A stretch of DNA of 64,000 nucleotides from Candidatus Aegiribacteria sp. (GCA_030600545.1 JAUVLV010000006.1:359-64358), one strand, 5' to 3'. Positions 47,939 to 58,906 are shown, counted from the first letter of the stretch. Notes: generated by a model not told the origin, from the sequence alone. Program-made: numbers and translations.

Positions 47939-48928
47939 GTGAAAATAGCCCTTGCCGGAAAACCGGGCTGCGGCAGGTCCACTCTGTTCCGAGCGCTTGC
48001 GGGCTCCGTTGATGCCGATACGGGAAAGCCTCTCACAGTAAAAGTACCCGACCACCGTCTGGACTTTCTTGAGAGCATCCACAACCCGGAAAGGAATACT
48101 CATGCTACGGTCGTTTTCTTCGATGTTCCATCTCCCTCTTTCTCAACGAAGAATCTGGCTCTTATCAGAAATGCCGCTGTACTGACGGTCGTACTCGATA
48201 ATTACGCCCTGGGTGATACTGTGAACGATTTCAATGAGATCGAATCGGAACTCATTCTGAACGACATGGCATTATGCGAAAAAAGACTTGCGCGTCTGAC
48301 AAAGGAAAGCAAGAGCAAATCTCGCGAGGCAATCCTTCTCGACAAACTCCTTAAGCACATGGAGAACGGCAGTCCTTTGCGAATCCTTGATCTTGATGAT
48401 GGAGAAACAGCTCTTCTTGCCCCTTACGCACTACTCTGCCAGAAACCTCTGATGGTTGTTTCCAACAGAATGGGTGATCCGGTAACTCCGGATGAAGAGC
48501 TCTCCGGAATTGTTCTGGACCATGGAGGAACCCTTCTCGGTATCGATACTGGTTTTGAGCTGGAACTTACTGAGATAGAGGAAAGTGAACAGAAACCATT
48601 TCTGGAATCCATGGGCTACTCTTCCAGCGGCCTTTCGCGACTTATTAAAACCTCATACTCGGCCCTTGACCTGATAGTCTTCTTCACCATGGGCAAAGAT
48701 GAAACAAGGGCGTGGCCCATTCATAGAGGCGCAACCGCTCTTAAAGCAGCGGGGACGATACACTCCGACCTTGCCAGGGGTTTCATACGAGCGGTTGTTA
48801 TTCCCTGGGAGCTGTACCATGAGTTTCCCGATAAAACACTGCTCAAAGAAAAGGGTGAACTCGGGATCGAAGGCAAGGATTACATCGTCAAAGACGGCGA
48901 TATAATAGAGATCCGATTCAACGTCTGA
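47939..48928 (+). CDS. ychF: YchF-family ATPase, divergent
   Basis: VKVPDHRLD, FFTMGKDETRAW, AAGTIHSDLARGFIRA, EGKDYIVKDGD. Confidence 0.8.
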   Translation: MKIALAGKPGCGRSTLFRALAGSVDADTGKPLTVKVPDHRLDFLESIHNPERNTHATVVFFDVPSPSFSTKNLALIRNAAVLTVVLDNYALGDTVNDFNEIESELILNDMALCEKRLARLTKESKSKSREAILLDKLLKHMENGSPLRILDLDDGETALLAPYALLCQKPLMVVSNRMGDPVTPDEELSGIVLDHGGTLLGIDTGFELELTEIEESEQKPFLESMGYSSSGLSRLIKTSYSALDLIVFFTMGKDETRAWPIHRGATALKAAGTIHSDLARGFIRAVVIPWELYHEFPDKTLLKEKGELGIEGKDYIVKDGDIIEIRFNV

Positions 48929-48942
48929 TCCGCTGCGCGAAT

Positions 48943-49824
48943 TTACCGGATACTCCGCATCGTTCTCGCCACCTTGCGCCATTCGTGAGTGATCTGACTG
49001 ATCTCAGCCGCGCCCAGGAGTATCACACACTCCCAGTAGAGCAGGAAGAACGTAGCCATAACCCTTGCAAGTGAACCGTAAACCACTCCCCATCCCGGAT
49101 GAGCAATGACCCAGATGTAAGCCTGTGTACCAAGACCGGTAAACACCATGGCTACGGCCGTCGCAAGGAGAGCCTGTCTGATGCCTACCTTTCTGTTTGG
49201 AGCAGCTTTGAAAAGGGTAAAGAACAGCAGCGTCGTGAAGGTAATTCCCAATATCTGAGCAATACCGCCGCCGGTAAGGTGCCCGATCAAAGGCCATTGT
49301 GAGACAATGTCACCCACCGGGCTGTCCACAACCAGCCGGGCCATTGTTGAAAAGATCAGTGAGAATACAAAACAGAAAGCCACAAGCAGAGCCAGGAAGA
49401 AATCGTACAGCTTCCCCAGGACGATATTGCGACCCCTGGATACTTCAAATATTCTGTCGAATGCCGTCCGTATGGTACCGAAAAGCCTGCTGCCAAGCCA
49501 CAGGAGAAAAACGAAACCCACTATTCCCGGTATTCCGGCATTACCTGTGAAAATGGCGCTTTCGATCTCGTTCCTCGTGGAATCGGGAATGAGCGGATTG
49601 GCTGTATCGAGCCAGTTCGTAAGACCCTGCTGCAGACCCTCGTCCTCCTGGAATGCTATACCGCTGAATGTAAGTATCATAAGACCCAGAGGGAGGATGG
49701 TTATAAGTATATTAAAGGCAATGGCTGCGGCTGAGAAGAAGACGCTGTCATCGTTCCACCTGTTGTACAGTCTTATTCCGAAAAATCTGATGAAGATCCA
49801 TGATCTGTGAAGATGCTGTCTCAT
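48943..49824 (-). CDS. YihY/virulence factor BrkB family membrane protein
   Basis: AAAIAF, TM helices, YGSLA, LLGAAEI. Confidence 0.88.
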   Translation of the reverse strand: MRQHLHRSWIFIRFFGIRLYNRWNDDSVFFSAAAIAFNILITILPLGLMILTFSGIAFQEDEGLQQGLTNWLDTANPLIPDSTRNEIESAIFTGNAGIPGIVGFVFLLWLGSRLFGTIRTAFDRIFEVSRGRNIVLGKLYDFFLALLVAFCFVFSLIFSTMARLVVDSPVGDIVSQWPLIGHLTGGGIAQILGITFTTLLFFTLFKAAPNRKVGIRQALLATAVAMVFTGLGTQAYIWVIAHPGWGVVYGSLARVMATFFLLYWECVILLGAAEISQITHEWRKVARTMRSIR

Positions 49825-49868
49825 TGATGCAGTCTTAACGCGCCATGGTCCTTTATCAGAAGCCAGAA

Positions 49869-51704
49869 TTACTCCACAGTAACGCTTTTTGCGAGATTTC
49901 TGGGCTTGTCAACGTCACAGCCCCTTGCAACCGCTATATGATAGGCAAGAAGCTGAAGTGGAATCACGCTGAGCAAAGGGATAAGCATATCGGATGTCTC
50001 GGGAACCCTGATAATCCAGTCCGAAACCGATTCGATATCGGTGTCTCCCTCGGTAGCAATGGCAAGAACCCTCCCGTGTCTTGCCTTTACTTCCTGTATA
50101 TTGGATATTACTTTATCATACGCCGCGCCCTTAACGGCAATCACTGCTATGGGCATCATCTCATCTATGAGGGCTATAGGACCGTGTTTCATCTCCGCCG
50201 CAGGGTAACCTTCCGCATGAATGTAGGATATCTCCTTGAGTTTAAGGGCGCCTTCGAGAGCTACCGGGAAGTTTACGCCTCTGCCAAGGTATAGAAAATT
50301 CCTTACATAAGTAAATTCCCTGGCTATCTCGGCTATACTGCTGGAATTCTCCAGAATCTTACTTACCTTGTCCGGTATGGCCATTATCTCATGTGCCAGT
50401 TCAAGGCCCTGATCACGGTCGAGAATCTGCCTGGCTCTTCCAAATGCAAGGGCAATGAGGGTAAGAGCCATTACCTGTGAAGTGAAGGCTTTTGTTGAGG
50501 CAACTCCGATCTCGGGGCCTGCATGGATATAAACACCGGCATCCGTTTCACGGGCGATGGTTGAACCGATCACATTAACTATGCCGAGAGTACGGCATTT
50601 CTTCTCTTTGGCCAGTTTCAGAGCGGCTAATGTATCAGCGGTTTCACCACTCTGGCTTATAAGTATCATCAGTGTATCCGGAGGCAGTACAGGATCTCTG
50701 TATCTGAATTCGGAAGCGTATTCCACCTGTACAGGTATTCTTGAATAGGCCTCTATAAGATACTTACCTATGGAAGCCGCATGCCAGGAGGTTCCGCAGG
50801 CGGTTATTACTATCCTGCTTATTGACCTCATGTCCTCCTCGGACATATGAAGACCTCCAAGGTGTGCAGTACCCTGGACAAGATCCAGCCTGCCTCTGAA
50901 AGCGTTTGTAAGTGATTCGGGCTGGCTGTATATCTCCTTCAGCATGAAATGCGGGTAACCATCCTTTTCGATTTCATTAATATCCCAGTCCACATATTCA
51001 ATACGTTCGCGAATGAGGGATGGATGGCCGTTATCCGATTGAATCCCCTTGAGGTTAACTTCGATAACTTCACCCTCCTCAAGGTAAATAACGTCCCTGG
51101 TATGTGATACAATAGCTGCGACATCGCTGGCAACGAAATATTCATCATCACCTATCCCGGCCACAAGAGGGCTTCCGTAACGGGCTGCAACAAGGGTATC
51201 CGGTTCATCCGCGGAGAGTACAGCTATGCCGTATGCGCCATGAACTTTTACAAGGGCATCTTTTACAGCGCTGAATAGTTTCTTCCCTTTTCCAACTTCC
51301 AGACTGATCAGCTTCGGCAACACTTCGGAATCGGTTTCCGATGCAAAGCTGACTCCCGAATCGATAAGCTCCTGCCTGAGTACCTTGAAATTCTCGATTA
51401 TTCCATTGTGAACAACCGCGATCCTCCCACCCTGGTCGATATGTGGATGAGCGTTAACATAGGAGGGTTCTCCATGGGTAGCCCAGCGGGTATGCGCTAT
51501 ACCCACAGTTGAGGAATCGGAATCTCCATAATCGATTTTTTCAAGGTCGCTGACGCGGCCTTCACACTTCCTTATAAACAGACTGCCGCTGTCCTGAAGC
51601 GCGTATCCCGCTGAATCGTAACCTCTATATTCAAGACGCTTCAGCCCTGCAAGAAGTATTTCCCTTGCGGGTTTGTTTCCCACATATCCAACTATTCCGC
51701 ACAT
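49869..51704 (-). CDS. glmS: Glutamine-fructose-6-phosphate transaminase
   Basis: MCGIVG, LEYRGYDSAG, HTRWATHG, PRNLAKSVTVE. Confidence 0.98.
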   Translation of the reverse strand: MCGIVGYVGNKPAREILLAGLKRLEYRGYDSAGYALQDSGSLFIRKCEGRVSDLEKIDYGDSDSSTVGIAHTRWATHGEPSYVNAHPHIDQGGRIAVVHNGIIENFKVLRQELIDSGVSFASETDSEVLPKLISLEVGKGKKLFSAVKDALVKVHGAYGIAVLSADEPDTLVAARYGSPLVAGIGDDEYFVASDVAAIVSHTRDVIYLEEGEVIEVNLKGIQSDNGHPSLIRERIEYVDWDINEIEKDGYPHFMLKEIYSQPESLTNAFRGRLDLVQGTAHLGGLHMSEEDMRSISRIVITACGTSWHAASIGKYLIEAYSRIPVQVEYASEFRYRDPVLPPDTLMILISQSGETADTLAALKLAKEKKCRTLGIVNVIGSTIARETDAGVYIHAGPEIGVASTKAFTSQVMALTLIALAFGRARQILDRDQGLELAHEIMAIPDKVSKILENSSSIAEIAREFTYVRNFLYLGRGVNFPVALEGALKLKEISYIHAEGYPAAEMKHGPIALIDEMMPIAVIAVKGAAYDKVISNIQEVKARHGRVLAIATEGDTDIESVSDWIIRVPETSDMLIPLLSVIPLQLLAYHIAVARGCDVDKPRNLAKSVTVE

Positions 51705-53038
51705 ATACTCTCCATGGTTTTACTGAAGATTCGGAAGTCCCTGTCAATGTAATCATTATCCCTGTTCTCGGCAATGAACCTGACAACCGATTCAGTACCC
51801 GATGATCTAATATGCATCCAGCCGCCATTCCTAATATACCAGAGGCCATCTCTTGTATCATCCGCCGGGCCGAACTCTTCCAGCAGTCTATATCTTAGAA
51901 CCTCAAATTCATTTTTGAAGGGTAACTTCTTCTTGAACATACTGTAAGATGGATAACTGTCTGCCCAGCTTCCTATACTGGAAGCAGGGTTGCTTCTGAG
52001 GAACGAGACCGCACAGGCCATTGCCACACCGCTGTCCCGTCCGGCGTGAAAAGCCCGATCAATAACACCGCCGTTACCCTCGCCACCTATGATGGCTCCA
52101 CGTTTTTCCATTTCCTCTACAACGTTAACCTCGCCCACCGGACTGCGGTACAGCCGGCATCCATGTTTCGCGGCGGCATCCTCAGCCAGTCTGGAGGTAG
52201 ACAGATTAACAACAGCCGGACCCGGCCTTGTCGCAAGTACAAAATCTATTGCCAGGGCAACCGTGTAATCTTCGCCGATGATCTTTCCGTTCTCATCTAC
52301 CAGAGCAAGCCTGTCTCCATCGGGATCAAATGCAAAACCAATGTCAGCGTTCTCATTTGTAACCGCCCGGGATAGTCCCCTGAGGCTTTCAACGGTTGGT
52401 TCGGCAACACGGGGAAAATCGCCGAAAGGTGTCATTTCGGGATTGATCACGGTACATTCAACTCCCAGCCTTTCCATTAACATCGGAGCAAAAGATACAG
52501 CTGCTCCTCCCGTAACATCAAGCACCGCTTTCAGTGGTCTTCCTTCAGTAATGAGCCATGGCAGTGAAAGTACACCTTCGATATGCCTTTCCACTGCCCC
52601 GCTCAGTTTCCGGGGAATTCCGACTTCTCTGTAACCCGCATGCTTCCTTGCGCTGCTGAGGAATGCCATCAAACGATTCCTGTCATCAGACCTCAGAAAA
52701 ACACCATCGCTCCCGATGAGTTTCAGGGCGTTCCATTCGCCGGGATTATGGCTCGATGTAATGGCAATCCCTCCGCGTATTCCTTCCTTCATGGCTTCAA
52801 GCTGTACGGTAGGAGTAGGTACAATCCCCAGGAGAACCGGGTCACAGCCCACAGACATAAGACCTGCGGATACCGCTGCCTCAACCGCAGGTCCGCTTCT
52901 TCTTGTATCTCTGCCAACAACAACAGGTCCACTACCGGAAAGAATTCCGAACGCGGACGCGAATTCCGAGGCGTTGGCTACTGTAAGGGATTTACCGAAT
53001 ATGCCTCTTATTCCTGATCCGCTGATAATTGGTTTCAT
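51692..53038 (-). CDS. glmM: Phosphoglucosamine mutase (phosphohexomutase family)
   Basis: TSSHNP, FDPDGDR, GGEGNGG, RSSGTE; adjacent to glmS. Confidence 0.8.
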   Translation of the reverse strand: MKPIISGSGIRGIFGKSLTVANASEFASAFGILSGSGPVVVGRDTRRSGPAVEAAVSAGLMSVGCDPVLLGIVPTPTVQLEAMKEGIRGGIAITSSHNPGEWNALKLIGSDGVFLRSDDRNRLMAFLSSARKHAGYREVGIPRKLSGAVERHIEGVLSLPWLITEGRPLKAVLDVTGGAAVSFAPMLMERLGVECTVINPEMTPFGDFPRVAEPTVESLRGLSRAVTNENADIGFAFDPDGDRLALVDENGKIIGEDYTVALAIDFVLATRPGPAVVNLSTSRLAEDAAAKHGCRLYRSPVGEVNVVEEMEKRGAIIGGEGNGGVIDRAFHAGRDSGVAMACAVSFLRSNPASSIGSWADSYPSYSMFKKKLPFKNEFEVLRYRLLEEFGPADDTRDGLWYIRNGGWMHIRSSGTESVVRFIAENRDNDYIDRDFRIFSKTMESICAE

Positions 53039-53060
53039 AAATCGTCCTTGAGTTGAAATT

Positions 53061-53136
53061 TGGAGCCGGCGAACGGAATCGAACCGTTGACCTGCGCATT
53101 ACGAATGCGCTGCTCTGCCAGCTGAGCTACGCCGGC
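53061..53136 (-). tRNA. tRNA-Thr(CGT)
   Basis: GCCGGCG...GCGCA-TTCGTAA-TGCGC...GGTTCGATTCC...CCA. Confidence 0.96.
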
Positions 53137-53183
53137 TCCGGAGCAATGGATATTATTGAAAAAAACACGAATCGTCAATAATA

Positions 53184-53822
53184 TCAGAAAATCGATCCTT
53201 CACTGCCGAATAGACTCACCGGAAAAGTGATACAGAATTGAGAGCTTCCAAGATCAGATTCAACCGCAGGATAAACCGAGGATTCTACTCCGTCTATTAC
53301 TGCGTTGTCCATTTTGATGTTTGCAAATGATCTTCTGTACTCCAGCCTGCCAGTCAATGGTCCAACGAGTATGACCTCGGCCCCGACGGACAGAGCAAAA
53401 CCAGCTGAGCTTCCATCAACTTCCACGAATTCGCCGAAATCATCCGTTCCTCTGTACTTCCCGGTTATAAAAACTCCACCCACTCCCGCGAAGACGGAGA
53501 ACTTTTTGAAAACATTGTATTCCGCAAGTGGCATAATTGAAATCAGAAATGCGCTCAATTCACCATCCCAGCCTGTAGGTGAGGAATTCTTCCAGAAGTA
53601 TTCCCCTGTAATCCTGAAGTCCAGTATCCCCGGCGCGTCGATATCTACTGCAAGGCCTGCCGATGTCCCGGGAGTGAGAAACCTGTTTTTGTAAACGGAA
53701 TCCATCGGAGCAAGGTTAGATATCATCGGTCCTGCGCTGACTGAGATACCATCGGATGCAGAGCTTTGTGAAACGGAAATCAGTACAAGCACAATAATCT
53801 TAACAGCTGTATTAAATCTCAC
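53184..53822 (-). CDS. Outer-membrane beta-barrel protein
   Basis: Signal peptide; alternating beta-strand pattern (FAGVGG, RLEYR). Confidence 0.7.
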   Translation of the reverse strand: MRFNTAVKIIVLVLISVSQSSASDGISVSAGPMISNLAPMDSVYKNRFLTPGTSAGLAVDIDAPGILDFRITGEYFWKNSSPTGWDGELSAFLISIMPLAEYNVFKKFSVFAGVGGVFITGKYRGTDDFGEFVEVDGSSAGFALSVGAEVILVGPLTGRLEYRRSFANIKMDNAVIDGVESSVYPAVESDLGSSQFCITFPVSLFGSEGSIF

Positions 53823-54313
53823 GCTTCATCTCCGATAATGTACTCCTTCTTAATGTGATCAAGCAATCCACCATCCTTGAGAATATCAAGCATCTCATCG
53901 GGCAGCGGCGGAAAACCGAATACTCTGTCACCTACATGCACCTTTCCCACGGCGGGATCTACTTCTACCTCATCACCTTCAGTGAAGTAATTGACAGCTT
54001 CCGGACTCTGGACCAGAAGCAATCCCTGGTTTATGGCGCTTCTGTAAAATATCCTGGCAAATGATTTCGCTATTACGGCTTTCACACCCACATATTTCAA
54101 ACCGAGAGAAGGCTGCTCCCTGCTCGATCCGCATCCGAAGTTCTCCCCTGCCACTACTATGTCTCCGGGTTGAACCGCTCCTGCAAAGGCTGGATCAAGG
54201 TCTTCCAGAAGATGTTCCTTTATCTCGGGTCCTGTAGAACAGGTGTAAGTGTACTTGCCCGGAAAGAGCAGATCGGTGTTGATATCGTTCTGAGGATAGT
54301 GGAACACAGTCAT
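53819..54313 (-). CDS. leuD: 3-isopropylmalate dehydratase/homoaconitase small subunit
   Basis: [24 protein letters not shown]; substrate uncertain. Confidence 0.8.
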   Translation of the reverse strand: MTVFHYPQNDINTDLLFPGKYTYTCSTGPEIKEHLLEDLDPAFAGAVQPGDIVVAGENFGCGSSREQPSLGLKYVGVKAVIAKSFARIFYRSAINQGLLLVQSPEAVNYFTEGDEVEVDPAVGKVHVGDRVFGFPPLPDEMLDILKDGGLLDHIKKEYIIGDEA

Positions 54314-55569
54314 CGGAGTACCTCCCTTGGATCCTTTATTTCACCTGCTATGGCCGAAGCAGCTGCCGTCTCGGGGCTGGAAAGGTATATCTCAGCTTCT
54401 TTTTCGCCCATTCTTCCCTTGAAATTCCGGTTCGCTGTTGAAAGACATTTCTCGCCCGGGGCCAGAACTCCCTGGTGCGCTCCCAGGCATGGGCCGCAAC
54501 CGGGAGGAAGAATGACCGCTCCGGATTCGATAAGATCCTGCATGACACCCATCTTTATTGCCTTAAGGTATTCTTTTCTGGAAGCCGGGGCAACTATCAT
54601 CCTCACGTTTGGGTGAACCTTCTCGCCCCTGAGAATGTCGGCAGCCGATTTGAGATCTTCAGCCCTGCCGTTGGTGCAGGTTCCTAAGAAGACTTGGTCG
54701 ATCTTCGTGCCGGTCATCTCTTCAATCGGGACAACATTATCCACCTGATGGGGGCATGCAATAACCGGAACGATATCTGAAAGGTCGTACTCCAGCGATC
54801 TTGCATATTCAGCGTCATGATCACTCCAGACAGCTTTCTCGATTTTTATATCCAGAGCCATGAAGTATTTGCTTGTCATTATATTAGCCGGAAATGCAGC
54901 GATCTTGGCACCCATTTCGATTCCCATATTCGCAATGGTCATTCTATCGGATATCCTGAGTCCTCCGACGGCGGGGCCGTTGAACTCAACTGCCATATAG
55001 TTCGCTCCGCCCGCTCCCACATCTCCAATTATGGTAAGGATCAGATCCTTGGCTGAAATACCGGCATCAAAGGATCCGGTGAGTTCAATATTCATCGTTT
55101 CAGGTACTTTGAACCAGGTTCTGCCGGTTATCCAGATGCCAGCGGCCTCGGTTCTGTCAATACCTGTAGCGAAGCAGTTGAACGCACCATAAGTACATGT
55201 ATGGCTGTCACTGCCGACGACGATAGATCCCGGCATGACAAGCCCCATTTCAGGCATGACCTGGTGACATATGCCGGTTCCTATATCAAAAAAATTGGTT
55301 ATTCCCTGTTCTCTGACGAATTCCCGTATCTTCATGTGACCTGCTGCGTGCTTGCTTGAAGCTGCAGGTGTGACGTGGTCGAGAACAATAGCCAGCCTTC
55401 CGGGATACCTGACCTTACCCTCCGGAACAGTGGATTCGAACTTGCCTATTATAGCTGAACTGTTATCATGGGTAAGGATATAATCCGGTTCAACAAATAC
55501 GATCTCGCCTTCCCTGATTTTCTTTCCGGCAGCTCGACTAAGAACTTTTACCGCAAAAGTTTCTCCCAT
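54310..55569 (-). CDS. leuC: 3-isopropylmalate dehydratase/homoaconitase large subunit
   Basis: DSHTCT, GTCTNGR, CGPCLG, NRNFKGRMG; substrate uncertain. Confidence 0.8.
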   Translation of the reverse strand: MGETFAVKVLSRAAGKKIREGEIVFVEPDYILTHDNSSAIIGKFESTVPEGKVRYPGRLAIVLDHVTPAASSKHAAGHMKIREFVREQGITNFFDIGTGICHQVMPEMGLVMPGSIVVGSDSHTCTYGAFNCFATGIDRTEAAGIWITGRTWFKVPETMNIELTGSFDAGISAKDLILTIIGDVGAGGANYMAVEFNGPAVGGLRISDRMTIANMGIEMGAKIAAFPANIMTSKYFMALDIKIEKAVWSDHDAEYARSLEYDLSDIVPVIACPHQVDNVVPIEEMTGTKIDQVFLGTCTNGRAEDLKSAADILRGEKVHPNVRMIVAPASRKEYLKAIKMGVMQDLIESGAVILPPGCGPCLGAHQGVLAPGEKCLSTANRNFKGRMGEKEAEIYLSSPETAAASAIAGEIKDPREVLR

Positions 55570-55692
55570 AATGTGAAACCTTCTCTCAAGAGTATTCCTG
55601 CTTCTGTGATCGATTCACTATAGTACGAATTATACAATCAGTTCCGCGAGTAGTAATCCTAAACATTATAATACAATTCATGAAGGGTTCCC

Positions 55693-57141
55693 ATGAGAAT
55701 TGTAAGTGGAAAAGACAATATATCGGAAATGTGTGCAGACCTTCTTCAGGATGAATCAAACCTGTCAGGTGCGTGGTGCGAATCCGCGGCCTGGCCTGAA
55801 AACGCGGATGAAGCCGCGGATTACATCAAAGAATGTTCGCGGAAGGGAATTCCTTTTACCGTTTCGGGAGGATTGACCGGTATATCTGGAGGAGCTCTCC
55901 CGGAGGGCGGTTCAGTAATATCATCATCATCGATGAAGAATATCAGTATGCTTGATAACGGTAATGTTACAGCCTCCGCAGGAATTACGATCGAAGAGCT
56001 TAACAATTTCATATCCGCAAACGCGAAAGGCTTTTTTTACCCGCCTGATCCTACCGAGGAAACGGCTTCCGTAGGTGGTACTATTGCTACCGATGCTTCG
56101 GGTGCAGACAGTTATCTCTACGGATCAACAAGGAAATGGGTTGAAGGACTTCAGATCATTCTCCCGGGCGGCAGAATTCTGAACATAGAACGTGGTCATC
56201 ACTTTTTTAAGAATCTCACCTGCATACACCCCGTTCTGGGCACAATTCACCTGCCTTCCCTTTCAAGAGAACAGCCGCCGAAGAATACCGCAGGCTATTA
56301 CATGCGCCCGAATATGGACCTGATAGATCTGTTCATCGGTTCGGAAGGAACACTTGGTTTCATTACCGAGGCGAAACTGAAACTGGCACCTGAACCTGAG
56401 TACCTTATAGATCTCTCTGTCTTTCCAGAAAAGGCCGAGTCCTTCTGGAAACTGTACGATTCATTGCTGCATGCCGAGAAACCGCTCCGGATAAGAGCCC
56501 TGGAAATGATGGATGACAGGTGCATCGCATTCATGCGAATGCATCCCGGGGAGCTTCCCCCTCCTCCCGAGAACGCTGCATTTGTACTGCTTCTAAGAGC
56601 TGAAGCTGACAGTGATGAGCATCTTGAAGAAACTCTGGTTCTTCTTGATGAGATGCTGACCGAATCCAATGCAAGCCCGAATACTGCATGGGGGGGGTTC
56701 GAGCCCTCCGAGAGAAAGAGGATCAAGGATTTCAGACATGCGCTGCCCGAAGCGGTTAATCACTGTATTTCGGAATCGAGAAGGAAGTACCCCTTAATTC
56801 ACAAATACGGCTCCGATGGCGCGGTTGGACCATTCAAGCTAAGGGAATACTACAACATAACGCGGAAGATACTGGAAGAAAGCGACCTTCCCTTCGTAAT
56901 ATTCGGCCATGCCGGACAGAGCCACATTCATGCCAACGCAATACCGGAAAATCCGCGCCAGATGGATCTGGCTGATGAAGCCATGAGGAGAATAGCAAAA
57001 GCAGCAGTGGAAATGGGAGGTACTATATCCGCCGAACACGGACTGGGAAAGCTGAAATTTGATTATTTGAGCATGATGTATTCTGAGGATGAGATCAAAG
57101 CCATGGATGCTATAAAAAACAGGATCAGATCTTGCATTTAA
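55693..57141 (+). CDS. FAD-linked oxidoreductase (GlcD/D-2-hydroxyacid dehydrogenase family)
   Basis: YPPDP, GSEGTLG, GHAGQSHIH, SAEHGLG. Confidence 0.88.
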   Translation: MRIVSGKDNISEMCADLLQDESNLSGAWCESAAWPENADEAADYIKECSRKGIPFTVSGGLTGISGGALPEGGSVISSSSMKNISMLDNGNVTASAGITIEELNNFISANAKGFFYPPDPTEETASVGGTIATDASGADSYLYGSTRKWVEGLQIILPGGRILNIERGHHFFKNLTCIHPVLGTIHLPSLSREQPPKNTAGYYMRPNMDLIDLFIGSEGTLGFITEAKLKLAPEPEYLIDLSVFPEKAESFWKLYDSLLHAEKPLRIRALEMMDDRCIAFMRMHPGELPPPPENAAFVLLLRAEADSDEHLEETLVLLDEMLTESNASPNTAWGGFEPSERKRIKDFRHALPEAVNHCISESRRKYPLIHKYGSDGAVGPFKLREYYNITRKILEESDLPFVIFGHAGQSHIHANAIPENPRQMDLADEAMRRIAKAAVEMGGTISAEHGLGKLKFDYLSMMYSEDEIKAMDAIKNRIRSCI

Positions 57142-57148
57142 GCATTAT

Positions 57149-58900
57149 TCAATTTTCCAAACTCCTTACATCCGCATAATCTTCGATTATTCTGCAGCCT
57201 CTTGAGTAATCCTTTTCTCTGCACGCGCGGATACTGTCCGCAATATCACTCCGCATCTCAGACAGGATTTCAAGAAGTTCCTCACGGGTCGCATTGGGAA
57301 ATTCCCTTGTCAGTATATCCTTTTTAAAAGCCGACGTTTTATCAGGACCGTCCTCATCAGACAGGCAGTCAAGAGCAAAAAACCTTACATGGAACCTGTA
57401 CGTTTCAATCGCCCTGAGCCTGTGTGCTTCAGTAAGAAAATTCTTACCAAGACCGCTGATATCCTTATCTGTATATATCTCCTTTATCGATTCCACTTCA
57501 AGCTTTTCAAGAGCTTTCAGCATCATTTTCACAATATCTTTCCTGATGATACCACCGCGTGGTTCCCAATGCCTGGCACGGTTCCTGGACAGGTACTTCT
57601 TTTCATTTCTCTGTATTGCAAACAGGTTATCGGAAAGTACCCAGGAAGGAATTATCTGATTGAATGCGGGTGGAACACCATCAACCGAACTGAACGGTTC
57701 GCAGATCAGTGAGAAGGGAAATTCAACTTTCTGGGGTAGTGCAGTTACACCTGTCGCTATAATGGTGTAAGGAGCCTCTGAAAAGTCCGCCGGGAATTTC
57801 ATAGAACATGCCAGTCCGAAGAACATACCCTCGCCTGGCCTTATTTCCTGATCGGGACGCCTTGATGTATGGTTGCTGCCAACGTTGGCTCCGTAACCGA
57901 TGTTTCCTCTGCCTTCGGGCCATCTGGCGGCTATCAGAAGTGATTGATGGTGAGCTGCTGTAAAAGGACCGGCCAGTGATGCCGTTATTTCACCCTCTGC
58001 AAGTACCGAATTGGGCCCAAGGAAGGATGACGATAACTTACCATGTTTCTCGACCACTGACGCTTCCCCTAGTATGGATTTCTCTACGATGGCCATTGAA
58101 TCCACTCTGGAGCCCCATTTCAGGATTGAATTCCTTACAAGAGCACCGTCCAATACTGAAGCAGGATTCAATTCTCCACCAAGTAAAGTACTGTTCCTCA
58201 CCGCACAGGCGTTAACGATCGATACACGGGAACCGATCCAGCAGTTTTCAACAACGGGCGTATCCTGAATTCTACAGCTTCTTCCGATGACACCAGACTT
58301 CCTCGATATAAGCTTCGTTAAAAACTCATCGAGAAATGTACGGTACATCGCAAGGTTATCCGCTCGATCAGAGCCGCCTGAAAGCACCGATGCAAGAAGT
58401 ACATCAAGAAAGGGGAACGATGGCACGTTCCTCTCCCCTGTTTCAACCCCGAGTTCAAGTTCAACTCCGCAACCGCACATGGAGCCATATTCGTACGTGA
58501 GCCTGCCGCAGTTCTCTATGACAGTACCCTCTCCAATATGGAGATTACGCAGCAGATTTGATCTTTCAATCCTGCATCCGGGTAGAATCGTAACATTCTC
58601 AAGGATACAGTTCCTGAGAACAGGGTTAAAGCTGCAGCCTTCTACTTCAGCTGAAGTCATGGCCATTTGTACTTCACCTGAAAAAATGCAGTTTCGAACA
58701 GAATTCAGCAGGGCATCACTGAATACTTTAACTCTGGACCAATCCTCGGATGAGTTGCCGTTATCTTCAAGAAGCCTGATCTGGGAATCAGACAGAGATA
58801 TCCAGCCTTCTGAAGTATCGTCGACCGTGAACAGTTCCTCTGAAGCCTTCCGGAAGACTTCCTTGAATTTCTGCCTGTAATTCATATTTCTATGCATCAT
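57149..58900 (-). CDS. DUF4954-family protein
   Basis: Left-handed beta-helix-like repeats, HHQSLLIAA, GANVGSNH. Confidence 0.75.
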   Translation of the reverse strand: MMHRNMNYRQKFKEVFRKASEELFTVDDTSEGWISLSDSQIRLLEDNGNSSEDWSRVKVFSDALLNSVRNCIFSGEVQMAMTSAEVEGCSFNPVLRNCILENVTILPGCRIERSNLLRNLHIGEGTVIENCGRLTYEYGSMCGCGVELELGVETGERNVPSFPFLDVLLASVLSGGSDRADNLAMYRTFLDEFLTKLISRKSGVIGRSCRIQDTPVVENCWIGSRVSIVNACAVRNSTLLGGELNPASVLDGALVRNSILKWGSRVDSMAIVEKSILGEASVVEKHGKLSSSFLGPNSVLAEGEITASLAGPFTAAHHQSLLIAARWPEGRGNIGYGANVGSNHTSRRPDQEIRPGEGMFFGLACSMKFPADFSEAPYTIIATGVTALPQKVEFPFSLICEPFSSVDGVPPAFNQIIPSWVLSDNLFAIQRNEKKYLSRNRARHWEPRGGIIRKDIVKMMLKALEKLEVESIKEIYTDKDISGLGKNFLTEAHRLRAIETYRFHVRFFALDCLSDEDGPDKTSAFKKDILTREFPNATREELLEILSEMRSDIADSIRACREKDYSRGCRIIEDYADVRSLEN

Positions 58901-58906
58901 GGTCCC

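Noticed and set aside
53039-53060. glmS ribozyme upstream of glmM-glmS
   Set aside because: glmS overlaps glmM and only 22 nt separate tRNA-Thr from glmM, leaving no room
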